From an uncultured Actinomycetota bacterium (GTDB taxonomy: Bacteria > Actinomycetota > Actinomycetes > Mycobacteriales > SCTD01): a stretch of 64,000 bases of DNA. The stretch lies in NCBI GenBank assembly GCA_963760125.1, contig CAVXBV010000007.1, positions 129,613-193,612 on the forward strand, read 5' to 3'. A model generated the notes under the pieces. It was given only the letters and a program-made list of their open reading frames with translations, had not been told where the DNA came from and did no database searches. Both the position numbers and the translations under genes were made by a program. Positions 9,296 to 19,917 of the stretch are shown here, in pieces (the stretch's first letter is position 1; every line of letters begins with the position of its first letter).

Positions 9296-9997
9296 CTACC
9301 CGCCCAGCGCGTCCAACCCGAGCGAGAGCACCAGGCCGACGGCGGCCGCGACGCCTGCCGTGTAGCTGTCCTCGCGAAAGGCCGTGGGGAAGACCTCGGT
9401 GGCCAGCGAGGCCACGACGGCCCCGGCGGCGAACGCCTGCAGCAGTCCGGTGACGGCCCCCGGCGCGCCCGACAGCAGCACGTTGCCCGATAGGGCGGCG
9501 AGCGACAGCAGGACGGCGGTGGCCGTCCACAGTCCCAGCACGGCCCGGTTGCTCCGGTCGCCGCCGGCCATGGCCCTGGCTCCGCTGGAGGCCTCCGGGA
9601 GGTTCGACAGCAGGATCGAGCCGGACAGCGCCGCCACCCCGAGCGGACCGGTGGACAGCAGCGCCACGCCCAGGGCCAGGTTCTCCGGGATGCCGTCGAG
9701 CGTGATGGCGGCGAGCAGGCCGCCGCCCTGGTCCGGGCCCCACCGCTCGTCCACCAGGTGGTCCAGGGCGCTGAACGTCACGGCACCGAGCAGCACCACC
9801 CCCAGCACCGCAGCCAGGGGCGCCTGGTCCCGGGCCGGCTCGACGAGCTCCAGCACCACCGCGACCAGCAGCGCGCCTCCGGCGACCGCCACGAGGAAGC
9901 CCTCGGTACGGGGCGGGAGGTGACCGTAGATCCCGAGCGCAGCACCCACGACCAGGGACCCGGAGACGACGACGATGACGAGCAGGGTGACCAGCAC
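9296..9997 (-). CDS. ZIP family metal (zinc) transporter
   Basis: Polytopic 233-aa membrane protein with the ZIP signature ITLDGIPENLALGVAL. Confidence 0.8.
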   Translation of the reverse strand: MLVTLLVIVVVSGSLVVGAALGIYGHLPPRTEGFLVAVAGGALLVAVVLELVEPARDQAPLAAVLGVVLLGAVTFSALDHLVDERWGPDQGGGLLAAITLDGIPENLALGVALLSTGPLGVAALSGSILLSNLPEASSGARAMAGGDRSNRAVLGLWTATAVLLSLAALSGNVLLSGAPGAVTGLLQAFAAGAVVASLATEVFPTAFREDSYTAGVAAAVGLVLSLGLDALGG

Positions 9998-10074
9998 GTC
10001 GTGCTGGTGCCCACCTCCGCCGGCCCGAACCGCTGGCCCGGGGCGGCACTGGCCCTACAGTGGGCCCACGCACG

Positions 10075-10150
10075 CGGGGCGTAGCGTAGTGGCTAGCGCG
10101 CCTGCTTTGGGAGCAGGAGACCGCGGGTTCGAGTCCCGCCGCCCCGACCA
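10075..10150 (+). tRNA. tRNA-Pro (anticodon UGG), CCA encoded
   Basis: CGGGGCGTAGCGTAGTGGCTAGCGCGCCTGCTTTGGGAGCAGGAGACCGCGGGTTCGAGTCCCGCCGCCCCGACCA. The anticodon stem is CCTGC/GCAGG and the loop is TTTGGGA. Confidence 0.9.
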
Positions 10151-10175
10151 CCTGTTCTTCGAAGGGAACACCGCT

Positions 10176-11600
10176 GTGCAGAGCTCTGTCGAGACCTTGA
10201 GCCCCACCCGGGTCAAGCTGACGATCGAGGCCGGTTTCGACGAGCTCAAGCCCGAGCTCGACAAGGCCTACAAGACCATCGGTCAGCAGGTCAAGGTGCA
10301 GGGCTTCCGGCCCGGCAAGGTCCCGCCGCGCATCCTCGACCAGCGCGTCGGTCGTGGCGTGGTGCTCGAGGAGGCCGTCAACGAGGCCATCCCGCGCCTG
10401 TACGGCGAGGCCGTCGAGTCCTCCAAGGTCAGCCCGGTCAGCCGGCCGGACGTCGAGGTCACGGAGCTCGACGACAAGGTGAAGCTGGCCTTCACCGCTG
10501 AGGTCGACGTCCGACCGGACTTCGAGCTGCCGGCCTACGACTCCCTGTCGGTCACCGTGGACGACGTGGTCGTCAGCGACGACGACATCGAGGAGCAGCT
10601 GACGGCACTCCGCGAGCGCTTTGCCTCCCTCTCCCCGGTCGAGCGCGCGGCGGTCGACGGCGACTTCGTCGCGCTGGACCTCGTCGCGACCGTCGACGGC
10701 GAGGAGGTGCCCGGCGGCACCGCCCAGGGCCTGTCCTACGAGGTCGGTTCCGGCCAGCTGCTCGACGGCATCGACGAGGCCGTCCGCGGCGCGTCGGCCG
10801 GTGACGCCCGGACCTTCCAGACCGCGCTCGTCGCTGGTGACCTCGCCGGTCAGACCGCCGACGTCGCCGTCACCGTGCGCACCGTCAGCGAGCGCACGCT
10901 GCCCGACGCCGACGACGCGTGGGCCGAGCAGGCCGCCGGCTTCGAGAGCCTCGAGGCGCTCAAGGGCGACGTCCGCACCCGCATCGACCGCGTCAAGCGG
11001 CTCCAGCAGGGCGTCGAGGCGCGCGACAAGGTCCTCGACGCGCTGCTCGCCGCGATCGACATCCCGCTCCCGGAGTCCGTGCTCGAGGCCGAGGTGAACT
11101 GGCGCACCCAGACCACCGAGGACCAGCTCACGCGCGCCGGGCAGACCCGCGAGGCGTTCCTCGAGGAGCAGGGCAAGACCGCGGAGGAGTGGGACGCGGA
11201 GCTGCAGGACGGCGCCGAGCAGGCCGTGAAGGCCCAGCTGGTCCTCGATGCGGTGGCCGACGCCGAGGAGCTCCAGATCACCGACGCCGAGCTGAACGAC
11301 CAGCTCATCCGCCGGGCGGCGCGGGCCGGCCTTGCTCCGCAGGACTTCGCGAACCGGCTCGTCCAGAGCGGCCAGCTGGCCGGCCTGGTGGCCGAGGTGC
11401 GCCGCGGCAAGGCGCTCGCCACCGTCATGGAGGCGGCGGCGATCACCGACGCGTCCGGAGCGGCCATCGACCTGGAGCAGCTCCGGGACGACATGGACAG
11501 TCCCGAGGCGGAGGTCGAGGAGGACGAGGACGGTCGCCCGTACCACGTCCACGGCGACGGGACGATCCACTACCTGGACGAGGACGAGCACCAGCACTGA
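10176..11600 (+). CDS. tig: trigger factor
   Basis: [18 protein letters not shown]... with the ribosome-binding signature GFRPGKVP. The GTG start at 10176 is preceded by GAAGGG. The protein has an acidic C-terminal tail. Confidence 0.95.
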   Translation: MQSSVETLSPTRVKLTIEAGFDELKPELDKAYKTIGQQVKVQGFRPGKVPPRILDQRVGRGVVLEEAVNEAIPRLYGEAVESSKVSPVSRPDVEVTELDDKVKLAFTAEVDVRPDFELPAYDSLSVTVDDVVVSDDDIEEQLTALRERFASLSPVERAAVDGDFVALDLVATVDGEEVPGGTAQGLSYEVGSGQLLDGIDEAVRGASAGDARTFQTALVAGDLAGQTADVAVTVRTVSERTLPDADDAWAEQAAGFESLEALKGDVRTRIDRVKRLQQGVEARDKVLDALLAAIDIPLPESVLEAEVNWRTQTTEDQLTRAGQTREAFLEEQGKTAEEWDAELQDGAEQAVKAQLVLDAVADAEELQITDAELNDQLIRRAARAGLAPQDFANRLVQSGQLAGLVAEVRRGKALATVMEAAAITDASGAAIDLEQLRDDMDSPEAEVEEDEDGRPYHVHGDGTIHYLDEDEHQH

Positions 11601-11615
11601 CGCTCCCCGAACCGC

Positions 11616-11652
11616 CGAAGGCCGCTGCTCCCTCCCGGGACGGCGGCCTTCG
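11616..11652 (+). terminator. stem-loop downstream of tig (no U-tract)
   Basis: CGAAGGCCGC (11616-11625) pairs perfectly with GCGGCCTTCG (11643-11652). The 17-nt loop can extend the stem through TCCC/GGGA. It starts 16 nt after the tig stop. Confidence 0.4.
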
Positions 11653-11677
11653 CCGTACCCCCTCCTGCCGACCCCGG

Positions 11678-11695
11678 CTTTCGCCTACGGCGTAC
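11678..11695 (+). promoter_or_regulatory. candidate ClgR-type operator upstream of clpP1P2
   Basis: CTTTCGCCTACGGCGTAC matches 17 of 18 positions of the actinobacterial ClgR consensus as I recall it (WNNWCGCYNANRGCGWWS). It lies about 105 nt upstream of the clpP1 start. Confidence 0.35.
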
Positions 11696-11797
11696 TCGCC
11701 TCCGAACCGGAGTGTCCTGACCGATGTCAGGGTTAGGGTCCGTGACAGACGCGGGCCGCACCAGGACCCACGTGACTCCGAGGGAAGGGCTTACGCC

Positions 11798-12436
11798 GTG
11801 ACCCGCACCGACTCCGGCCTTCATGTAGCGGCCCCCAGCGCGCGCGTGCCGATGGGCTCCAACGGGCTCGACGACCAGGTCTTCAACCGCCTGCTCAAGG
11901 AGCGCATCATCTTCATGGGCACGCAGGTGGAGGACTCGATGGCCAACGCCATCTGCGCCCAGCTGCTGCTGCTCGCCGCCGAGGACCCCGACCGCGACAT
12001 CTTCCTGTACATCAACAGCCCCGGCGGTTCGATCAGTGCCGGCATGGCGATCTACGACACGATGCAGTTCGTGGCGAACGACGTCGCGACCGTCGGGCTC
12101 GGCCTCGCGGCCAGCATGGGGCAGTTCCTGCTCTGCGCCGGCGCCAAGGGCAAGCGCTACGCCACGCCCCACGCGCGGATCATGATGCACCAGCCCTCGG
12201 GAGGCATCGGCGGCACCGCGGCCGACATCGCCATCCAGGCCGAGCAGATGCTGTTCGTGAAGAAGCAGATGGCCGAGCGCATCGCCTTCCACACCGGGCA
12301 GACCGAGGAGCAGATCGAGAAGGACTCCGACCGCGACCGCTGGTTCTCGGCGGCGGAGGCCAAGGAGTACGGCTTCATCGACCACGTCATCGCTGCTGCC
12401 AAGGACGTCCCGTCCGGCGCCGGCACCCGGGCCTAG
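11798..12436 (+). CDS. clpP: ATP-dependent Clp protease proteolytic subunit ClpP1
   Basis: [10 protein letters not shown]...[21 protein letters not shown], catalytic Ser in AASMGQFLL and His in MMHQPSGG. The GTG start at 11798 is preceded by GAGGGAAGGG; an alternative ATG lies at 11852. Confidence 0.9.
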   Translation: MTRTDSGLHVAAPSARVPMGSNGLDDQVFNRLLKERIIFMGTQVEDSMANAICAQLLLLAAEDPDRDIFLYINSPGGSISAGMAIYDTMQFVANDVATVGLGLAASMGQFLLCAGAKGKRYATPHARIMMHQPSGGIGGTAADIAIQAEQMLFVKKQMAERIAFHTGQTEEQIEKDSDRDRWFSAAEAKEYGFIDHVIAAAKDVPSGAGTRA

Positions 12437-12460
12437 TTACCAGCAACGGAGGACGCCACC

Positions 12461-13084
12461 ATGTTCGAGACCCCCACGAACTACACGATCCCGATCGTCA
12501 TCGAGCAGACCTCCCGCGGGGAGCGCTCCTTCGACATCTACAGCCGCCTGCTCAAGGAGCGCATCATCTTCCTGGGCACGCCGATCGACGACGGCGTCGC
12601 CAACGTCGTCATGGCGCAGATGCTGCACCTGGAGTCCGAGGACCCCGACCGCGACATCTCGATCTACATCAACAGCCCCGGCGGCTCGTTCACCGCGCTG
12701 ACGGCGATCTACGACACGATGCAGTTCGTCAAGCCGGAGATCCAGACCATCTGCATGGGCCAGGCCGCCTCCGCGGCTGCGGTGCTGCTGGCCGCGGGGA
12801 CCAAGGGCAAGCGCCTGGCGTTGCAGCACGCGCGGGTGCTCATCCACCAGCCCAGTGGTGGTGGCGAGGGCCAGTCCTCCGACATCGAGATCCAGGCTCG
12901 CGAGATCATGCGGATGCGGGACCTGCTCGAGAAGATGCTGTCCGACCACACCGGCCGGCCCGCGGCCGACGTCCGCAAGGACATCGAGCGCGACAAGATC
13001 CTCACGGCCGCCGAGGCGGTCGAGTACGGCCTCATCGACGAGGTCGTCAGCACCCGCAAGACGGCGGTGCTCAGCTCGACCTGA
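12461..13084 (+). CDS. clpP: ATP-dependent Clp protease proteolytic subunit ClpP2
   Basis: Second ClpP paralogue: [43 protein letters not shown]. Confidence 0.95.
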   Translation: MFETPTNYTIPIVIEQTSRGERSFDIYSRLLKERIIFLGTPIDDGVANVVMAQMLHLESEDPDRDISIYINSPGGSFTALTAIYDTMQFVKPEIQTICMGQAASAAAVLLAAGTKGKRLALQHARVLIHQPSGGGEGQSSDIEIQAREIMRMRDLLEKMLSDHTGRPAADVRKDIERDKILTAAEAVEYGLIDEVVSTRKTAVLSST

Positions 13085-13236
13085 TCGTGCGGCGCCGGGC
13101 GGCCCGAGCGGCCTCCTGGTGACCGCGTGTCGGTCGATAGAGGTACGGATGGGCCGTCCCAGGCGGTACCGTCGGGGGAGGACCGGGCTCATGAGCAAGA
13201 TCACACGCACATCCAACGATCGGGGACGAGGTAGCG

Positions 13237-14526
13237 GTGGCACGCATCGGTGACGGCGGCGACCTGCTGAAGTGCTCGTTCTGCGGGAAGAGCCAGAAGC
13301 AGGTCAAGAAGCTCATCGCGGGCCCCGGGGTCTACATCTGCGACGAGTGCATCGACCTGTGCAACGAGATCATCGAGGAAGAGCTCAGCGAGTCCTCCGA
13401 GCTCAAGTTCGACGAGCTGCCCAAGCCCAAGGAGATCTTCGAGTTCCTGGACGGATACGTCATCGGCCAGGACGTCGCGAAGCGCACGCTCGCCGTCGCG
13501 GTCTACAACCACTACAAGCGCGTCCAAGCCGGTGCCGCCGAGGGCCACAAGGGCTCCGACCCGGTCGAGCTGCAGAAGTCCAACATCCTCCTGCTGGGCC
13601 CCACCGGCTGCGGCAAGACGCTGCTCGCGCAGACGCTCGCCAAGATGCTCAACGTCCCCTTCGCCATCGCCGACGCCACCGCGCTCACCGAGGCCGGCTA
13701 TGTCGGGGAGGACGTCGAGAACATCCTGCTCAAGCTCATCCAGGCGGCGGACTACGACGTCAAGAAGGCCGAGACCGGGATCATCTACATCGACGAGGTC
13801 GACAAGATCGCCCGGAAGTCGGAGAACCCCTCGATCACCCGGGACGTGTCCGGTGAGGGCGTGCAGCAGGCGCTGCTGAAGATCCTCGAGGGCACGACGG
13901 CCTCGGTGCCGCCGCAGGGCGGGCGCAAGCACCCGCACCAGGAGTTCATCCAGATCGACACCACCAACGTGCTGTTCATCGTGGGTGGCGCCTTCGCCGG
14001 CCTGGACAAGGTCATCGAGCAGCGCATCGGCCGCAAGAGCATCGGGTTCGGCGCGGACCTGCACTCCAAGCACGAGATCGACGCCAACAACGTCTTCGGT
14101 GACGCGATGCCCGAGGACCTGCTCAAGTACGGCATGATCCCCGAGTTCATCGGGCGCCTACCCGTGCTGACCAGCGTCGCCAACCTCGACCGCGAGGCGC
14201 TCATCCGGATCCTCACCGAGCCCAAGAACGCGCTCGTGAAGCAGTACGCCCGGCTGTTCGAGCTCGACGGGGTGGATCTCGAGTTCACCGACGACGCGCT
14301 CGAGGCCATCGCCGACCAGGCCATCAAGCGCGGCACCGGTGCCCGCGGCCTGCGCGCGATCATGGAGGAGGTGCTCCTGTCCGTGATGTACGAGATCCCG
14401 TCCCAGGGCGACATCGCCACCTGTGTGGTCACCCGCGAGGTCGTGCTCGAGCACGTCAACCCGACGCTGGTGCCGCGCGACGCCTCCACGCCCGCGCGCC
14501 GCGAGCGCCGCGAGAAGTCCGCCTAG
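13237..14526 (+). CDS. clpX: ATP-dependent Clp protease ATP-binding subunit ClpX
   Basis: N-terminal zinc finger [18 protein letters not shown] and Walker [16 protein letters not shown]. The IGF-loop region is not identified; no GF tripeptide is visible by eye. Confidence 0.97.
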   Translation: MARIGDGGDLLKCSFCGKSQKQVKKLIAGPGVYICDECIDLCNEIIEEELSESSELKFDELPKPKEIFEFLDGYVIGQDVAKRTLAVAVYNHYKRVQAGAAEGHKGSDPVELQKSNILLLGPTGCGKTLLAQTLAKMLNVPFAIADATALTEAGYVGEDVENILLKLIQAADYDVKKAETGIIYIDEVDKIARKSENPSITRDVSGEGVQQALLKILEGTTASVPPQGGRKHPHQEFIQIDTTNVLFIVGGAFAGLDKVIEQRIGRKSIGFGADLHSKHEIDANNVFGDAMPEDLLKYGMIPEFIGRLPVLTSVANLDREALIRILTEPKNALVKQYARLFELDGVDLEFTDDALEAIADQAIKRGTGARGLRAIMEEVLLSVMYEIPSQGDIATCVVTREVVLEHVNPTLVPRDASTPARRERREKSA

Positions 14527-14554
14527 CCCTAGCCCTAGCCCTCGCCTCGTTCGG

Positions 14555-15358
14555 TCAGGGAGCGCGGTAGCCGGCGAGCTGCCGGGCCTGGCAGACCACC
14601 CGGCCTCGGCTGTCCCACAGGGTGCAGGTCTCGTCCATCCAGCCGCCCTCGAGCAGCTCGGTGTGCTGCTCCGCGATCAGCCACCCGGGCGCCGGCAGGC
14701 TCCGGACCATCACCGTGAGCTCGACGGTCGGCGCCCAGCCGGCCAGCCCGAGGTCCATGGTCAACGGCGGCAGCGCGTCGGCCAGCACCAGCAGGTCGAG
14801 CACGCTCGTCTCCCCGTCCACCATGCGCATCCAGGTGGTGAACCGCCCCGTCGCGGTCTCCACCGAGCCGGCCGGCTGGGTGCCCCAGCGCACGTCGACG
14901 AAGTCGAGGTGACCCACCCGGAACCCGGGGATCCGGTCAGCCGTCGAGCGCTCGCAGTCCTCGACCGCAGGGAGGACCGGCACCGCAGGCCGGGACCAGA
15001 ACGGCTCGGCGCTGGGGTCCAGTGCCCCTGTCGTCACCAGCGCCTCCACCACGGTCTGGTCGTGCTGCACCAGCCGTCCGCGGTGCTGGCTCACCGACCG
15101 ACCCGTGCGCAGGGTCTCGGTCTCCACCAGGGCCGCCCCGGCGTCGGGGGAGCGCAGGAACAGCGCGCTGACCGTCAGCGGGTGCGGGTGCTGCTCGGTC
15201 AGCAGCGGCCGGACGACCTCGCGCAGCAGGTACCCGCCGTGCGGGTGCCCGAGGATCGACCACTGGTCGTCGAGGTCCACCTGCACGCTGTCGGTCACGG
15301 CGGAGACGATAAGCCAGTGGAGCAGGCTCCCTAGACTCGACCGGGTGACCACCAACAT
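14555..15358 (-). CDS. thioesterase family protein (double hot-dog, TesB-like)
   Basis: The WSILGHPHGGYLL motif and overall layout resemble acyl-CoA thioesterase-like proteins. The start is ambiguous. ATG 15358 has a GGGAGGGG Shine-Dalgarno but overlaps the valS ATG; a GTG at 15298 is the alternative. Confidence 0.6.
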   Translation of the reverse strand: MLVVTRSSLGSLLHWLIVSAVTDSVQVDLDDQWSILGHPHGGYLLREVVRPLLTEQHPHPLTVSALFLRSPDAGAALVETETLRTGRSVSQHRGRLVQHDQTVVEALVTTGALDPSAEPFWSRPAVPVLPAVEDCERSTADRIPGFRVGHLDFVDVRWGTQPAGSVETATGRFTTWMRMVDGETSVLDLLVLADALPPLTMDLGLAGWAPTVELTVMVRSLPAPGWLIAEQHTELLEGGWMDETCTLWDSRGRVVCQARQLAGYRAP

Positions 15359-17867
15359 GCCGGACCGCCCCTCCCTCGACGGCCTCGAGGCGAAGTGGGA
15401 CCAGGTCTGGGAGGCGCACCAGACCTACGCCTTCGACCGGACCGCGCTGCGGGCGGACGTCTACTCGATCGACACCCCGCCGCCGACGGTCAGCGGGTCG
15501 CTGCACGTGGGTCACGTGTTCAGCTACACCGCGACCGACGTCCTCGCGCGCTTCCAGCGGATGACCGGCAAGTCGGTGTTCTACCCGATGGGCTGGGACG
15601 ACAACGGCCTGCCGACCGAGCGCCGGGTGCAGAACTACTACGGCGTGCGGTGCGAGCCGTCGCTCCCGTACGACGCGAGCTTCGTGCCGCCCGCGGAGCC
15701 GGCCAAGGAGCAGGTGGCGATCAGCCGCCGCAACTTCGTGGACCTGTGCCACGTGCTCACCGCCCAGGACGAGCAGGTCTTCGAGAAGGTGTTCCGCCAG
15801 CTCGGTCTGAGCGTCGACTGGAAGCAGACCTACACCACCATCGACGACCGGAGCCGTCGCGCCGCGCAGCGCGGGTTCCTGCGCAACCTCGCGCGCGGCG
15901 AGGCGTACGCCCAGGAGGCGCCGACCCTCTGGGACGTCGACTTCCGCACCGCGGTCGCGCAGGCCGAGCTCGAGGACCGCGAGCTGCCCGGCGCCTACCA
16001 CCGGATCGGCTTCACCAAGCCGGACGGCGAGCCGGTGCACATCGAGACCACCCGCCCCGAGCTGCTCCCGGCCTGCGTGGCGCTGGTCGCCCACCCTGAC
16101 GACGAGCGCTACCAGCCGCTGTTCGGCACCACCGTGACGACGCCGCTGTTCGGCGTCGACGTGCCTGTCCTGGCGCACCACCTGGCCCAGCCCGACAAGG
16201 GCTCCGGCATCGCGATGATCTGCACGTTCGGCGACACCACCGACGTGACGTGGTGGCGCGAGCTCGACCTACCGGTGCGCTCGGTCGTGGGTCGCGACGG
16301 CCGGTTCCTCATGACCGCCCCCGACGGCGTCGCCGCCGAGCCGTACGCCGAGCTGGCCGGCAAGACCGCCAAGCAGGCGCAGAAGCGGATCGTGGAGCTG
16401 CTCGCCGAGAGCGGGGACCTGGTGGGGGAGCCGAAGGCGATCACCCACCCGGTGAAGTTCTACGAGAAGGGCGACCGGCCGCTGGAGATCGTGACCAGCC
16501 GGCAGTGGTACGTCCGCAACGGCGGCCGCGACGGCGCGCTGCGCGAGCGACTGCTCGAGCGCGGCGCGGAGCTGGTGTGGCACCCGTCGTACATGAAGGC
16601 GCGCTACGACAACTGGGTCGGCGGGCTGAACGGTGACTGGCTCATCAGCCGCCAGCGCTTCTTCGGGGTGCCGTTCCCGCTCTGGTACCCGCTCGACGAG
16701 CACGGTGAGCCGAGGTACGACGCCGCGATCGTCCCGGAGGAGGCGCAGCTGCCCGTCGACCCGAGCAGCGAGGCGCCGGCGGGCTACACCGAGGATCAGC
16801 GCGGCGTGCCGGGCGGCTTCACCGGTGACCCGGACGTCATGGACACCTGGGCCACGTCCTCGCTGAGCCCGCAGATCGCCGGCCAGTGGGAGGACGACCC
16901 CGACCTGTTCGACCGGCTGTTCCCGTTCGACCTGCGACCGCAGGCGCACGAGATCATCCGCACCTGGCTGTTCGCGACCGTCGTCCGGGCGCATCACGAG
17001 CACGGCACGCTGCCCTGGACCGACACCCAGATCAGCGGCTGGGTGCTCGATCCCGACCGCAAGAAGATGAGCAAGTCCAAGGGCAACGTCGTCACCCCGC
17101 TCGAACATCTCGACGCCCACGGCTCCGACGCCGTGCGGTACTGGGCGGCCAGCGCGCGGACCGGCACCGACACCACCTTCGACGTCAACCAGATCAAGGT
17201 CGGCCGGCGCCTCGCGACCAAGCTGCTCAACGCCTCCAAGTTCGCCCTCGGCATGCCGGAGGCGACCGCCGGGGAGGTCACCGAGGCGATCGACCGGGCG
17301 CTGCTCACGGCGCTGGCCACCGTCGTGGAGGAGGCCACCAGGGCTTTCGCCGACTACGAGCCGTCCCGTGCCCTCGAGCGGATCGAGGCCTTCTTCTGGA
17401 CGTTCTGCGACGACTACATCGAGCTCGTCAAGGGCCGGGCGTACGGCGAGGGGCCGGCCGCCGACTCCGCCCGACGCGCCCTGCGGACCGCCCTGGACGT
17501 GCTGCTGCGCCTGTTCGCGCCGGTCCTGCCGTTCGCCTCCGAGGAGGTCTGGTCGTGGTGGCGCGAGGGCTCGGTGCACCGCGCCCCGTGGCCGACGACG
17601 AAGGGGCTCGAGCTCGGCGGGGACCCGCTGGTCCTGGCGGCCGCGGGGGAGGTGCTCGGTCAGGTCCGCAAGGCCAAGAGCGAGGCGAAGGTGACCATGA
17701 AGACGCCCGTGACCAGGCTCGTCGTCACGGGCAGCCCGGAGCGACAGGCCCTCGTCACGCTGGCCCAGGCCGACGTCGTGAACGCCGGGCTGGTGCAGGA
17801 GCTGCTCCTCGTCGACGGCGAGCCTGCGGTCGACGTGACCCTCGGCGACCCGCCCCCGAAGGCGTGA
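15357..17867 (+). CDS. valS: valine--tRNA ligase
   Basis: MPDRPSLDGLEAKWDQVW, class I HIGH-type motif SGSLHVGH and KMSKS motif KMSKSKGN. The upstream 84 codons of the track ORF were trimmed. Confidence 0.95.
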   Translation: MPDRPSLDGLEAKWDQVWEAHQTYAFDRTALRADVYSIDTPPPTVSGSLHVGHVFSYTATDVLARFQRMTGKSVFYPMGWDDNGLPTERRVQNYYGVRCEPSLPYDASFVPPAEPAKEQVAISRRNFVDLCHVLTAQDEQVFEKVFRQLGLSVDWKQTYTTIDDRSRRAAQRGFLRNLARGEAYAQEAPTLWDVDFRTAVAQAELEDRELPGAYHRIGFTKPDGEPVHIETTRPELLPACVALVAHPDDERYQPLFGTTVTTPLFGVDVPVLAHHLAQPDKGSGIAMICTFGDTTDVTWWRELDLPVRSVVGRDGRFLMTAPDGVAAEPYAELAGKTAKQAQKRIVELLAESGDLVGEPKAITHPVKFYEKGDRPLEIVTSRQWYVRNGGRDGALRERLLERGAELVWHPSYMKARYDNWVGGLNGDWLISRQRFFGVPFPLWYPLDEHGEPRYDAAIVPEEAQLPVDPSSEAPAGYTEDQRGVPGGFTGDPDVMDTWATSSLSPQIAGQWEDDPDLFDRLFPFDLRPQAHEIIRTWLFATVVRAHHEHGTLPWTDTQISGWVLDPDRKKMSKSKGNVVTPLEHLDAHGSDAVRYWAASARTGTDTTFDVNQIKVGRRLATKLLNASKFALGMPEATAGEVTEAIDRALLTALATVVEEATRAFADYEPSRALERIEAFFWTFCDDYIELVKGRAYGEGPAADSARRALRTALDVLLRLFAPVLPFASEEVWSWWREGSVHRAPWPTTKGLELGGDPLVLAAAGEVLGQVRKAKSEAKVTMKTPVTRLVVTGSPERQALVTLAQADVVNAGLVQELLLVDGEPAVDVTLGDPPPKA

Positions 17868-19183
17868 CGCTCCAGCGGGTCCTCGCGGACCTCGCCACGC
17901 GCTACCCCAGCGAGGACACGATGGTGCCCGACCTGGAGCGCATCACCGCGCTGTGCGACCTGCTCGGCTCGCCGCAGCGGTCCTACCAGGCGGTCCACCT
18001 CACGGGCACCAACGGCAAGACCTCCACGGCCCGGATGGTGGACGCGCTGCTGCGCGGGTTCGACCTGCGCACCGGGCGCTACACCAGCCCGCACCTCGAC
18101 TCCGTCACCGAGCGGATCTGCGTGGACGGTGCCCCGCTGGACGAGGAGCGCTTCACCGAGGTCTACGACGAGCTCGCGCCGTACGTCGGGATGGTCGACG
18201 CGCGACTCGGCACGCCGATGACGTTCTTCGAGGTGCTGACCGGGATGGCGTTCGCGGCGTTCGCGGACGCGCCGATCGACGTCGCGGTCCTCGAGGTCGG
18301 GCTCGGCGGTCTCTGGGACGCCACCAACGTGGTCGAGGCCGCGACGTGCGCGGTGCTGCCGATCGGGCTGGACCACGTTCCGCTGCTGGGCACGACCCTC
18401 GCGCAGATCGCCACCGAGAAGGCCGGGATCATCCACCACGGCGCGACCGTGGTGCTTGCGGCGCAGGAGCCCGAGGCCGCGGAGGTGCTGCTGGCCCGCT
18501 GCGCGACGGTGGGCGCCACGATCGCCCGCGAGGGCCTGGAGTTCGGGGTGCTGGACCGCCGTACCGCCGTCGGGGGTCAGCTCCTCACGCTGCAGGGGCT
18601 CGCCGGGGTCTACGAGGACGTGTTCCTCCCGCTGCACGGGGAGCACCAGGCGCAGAACGCGGCGGTCGCGCTCGCCTGCGTGGAGGCGTTCTTCGGGGCG
18701 TCCGGCGGGCTGGACGCCGACGTGATCCGGGCCGGCTTCGGGTCGGCGTCGTCCCCCGGCCGCCTCGAGGTGGTCCGCTCGTCGCCGACCGTCATCGTCG
18801 ACGCCGCCCACAACCCGGCCGGCATGGCCGCCACGGTCGCCGCGCTCGGCGACGGGTTCGCCTTCACCCACTTGGTCGCGGTGATCGCCTGCCTCGCCGA
18901 CAAGGACGTCCGCACCATGCTCGAGGTCCTCGAGCCCGCCGTGTCCGCCGTCGTCGTCACGGTCAACACCTCACCGAGGGCCCTGCCGATCGACGAGCTG
19001 CACGAGCTGGCGCTCGAGGTGTTCGGTGAGGACCGGGTGCACGTCGAGGACCGCCTCGACGACGCCCTCGACCGCGCGGTCGGTCTGGCCGACGCCGAGT
19101 CCGAGTACGGCGGCGCCGGCGTCATCGTCACGGGCTCGGTCGTCACCGCCGGCGAGGCCCGCACCCTGCTGCGCGTGCGGTGA
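17864..19183 (+). CDS. folC: bifunctional folylpolyglutamate synthase/dihydrofolate synthase
   Basis: P-loop HLTGTNGKTST of the Mur-ligase family. The GTG start overlaps the valS stop (GTGA). Confidence 0.9.
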   Translation: MTLQRVLADLATRYPSEDTMVPDLERITALCDLLGSPQRSYQAVHLTGTNGKTSTARMVDALLRGFDLRTGRYTSPHLDSVTERICVDGAPLDEERFTEVYDELAPYVGMVDARLGTPMTFFEVLTGMAFAAFADAPIDVAVLEVGLGGLWDATNVVEAATCAVLPIGLDHVPLLGTTLAQIATEKAGIIHHGATVVLAAQEPEAAEVLLARCATVGATIAREGLEFGVLDRRTAVGGQLLTLQGLAGVYEDVFLPLHGEHQAQNAAVALACVEAFFGASGGLDADVIRAGFGSASSPGRLEVVRSSPTVIVDAAHNPAGMAATVAALGDGFAFTHLVAVIACLADKDVRTMLEVLEPAVSAVVVTVNTSPRALPIDELHELALEVFGEDRVHVEDRLDDALDRAVGLADAESEYGGAGVIVTGSVVTAGEARTLLRVR

Positions 19184-19266
19184 TTCCCGGCGTACCGCAC
19201 CGGTAGCCTGGCTTCACCGCGGCAGCGTTGCCGCCCTCGTCCCCAGAGCAACATGGAGAATCTGCA

Positions 19267-19677
19267 GTGGCCACCGAGCGCACCCTCGTCCTCGTCAAGC
19301 CCGACGGCGTCCGCCGCGGCCTCGCCGGCGAGGTCATCAGCCGGCTCGAGCAGAAGGGCCTGACCCTGATCGCGATGGAGCTCCGGACCCTGGACCGCGC
19401 GACCGCCGAGGAGCACTACGGCGAGCACAAGGAGCGCCCGTTCTTCGGCGAGCTCGTCGACTTCATCACCAGCGCGCCGCTCGTCGCGCTGGTCGTCGAG
19501 GGCCCGAACGCCGTCGCCGGCACCCGCCGCCTCATGGGCGTGACCAACCCGGTCGAGGCCACCCCGGGGTCGATCCGCGGTGACTTCGCGCTCGAGATCG
19601 GCGAGAACCTCGTGCACGGCAGCGACTCGACGGACTCCTCCGCCCGAGAGATTACGATCTTCTTCCCGAACCTCTAG
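19267..19677 (+). CDS. ndk: nucleoside-diphosphate kinase
   Basis: [12 protein letters not shown]... with active-site NLVHGSDS. The GTG start at 19267 is preceded by GGAGA. Confidence 0.95.
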   Translation: MATERTLVLVKPDGVRRGLAGEVISRLEQKGLTLIAMELRTLDRATAEEHYGEHKERPFFGELVDFITSAPLVALVVEGPNAVAGTRRLMGVTNPVEATPGSIRGDFALEIGENLVHGSDSTDSSAREITIFFPNL

Positions 19678-19917
19678 CCCGCCCGCACGCAGTGAGGCGG
19701 GTCACCCGGCTCACGTGAGGCGCGTCACCGACGGCCCGTCGGTTCCCGCTCAGGGAGCCTCGGGCCGTCGGCGTGTCGGGCCCTCGACCTCTACCGGAGC
19801 CTCACCGGAGGGTTCGGTAGACGGCCTTCTCCCCGTTACAGTGGTGACCTGACGCCGGACCCGACCCCCCGCCGGCCCCTTGTCTTCCCGCATTCTTCCG
19901 AAGGGCACCTCCCGCGC

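Noticed and set aside
9261-11597. 778-aa minus-strand ORF spanning the tRNA-Pro gene and antisense to tig
   Set aside because: It runs through a tRNA gene and the trigger factor gene. It is a GC-driven open frame, not a gene.
13149-13253. 34-aa basic ORF ([34 protein letters not shown]) in the clpX leader, possibly a regulatory leader peptide
   Set aside because: It has poor GC3 and no Shine-Dalgarno. It overlaps the clpX start in another frame, and there is no supporting conservation evidence.
19026-19583. 185-aa ORF bridging the folC 3' end and ndk, considered as the small membrane protein often found between folC and ndk
   Set aside because: The translation is Arg/Pro-rich and not hydrophobic, and it overlaps ndk out of frame. 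The 83-bp folC-ndk gap cannot hold a gene.
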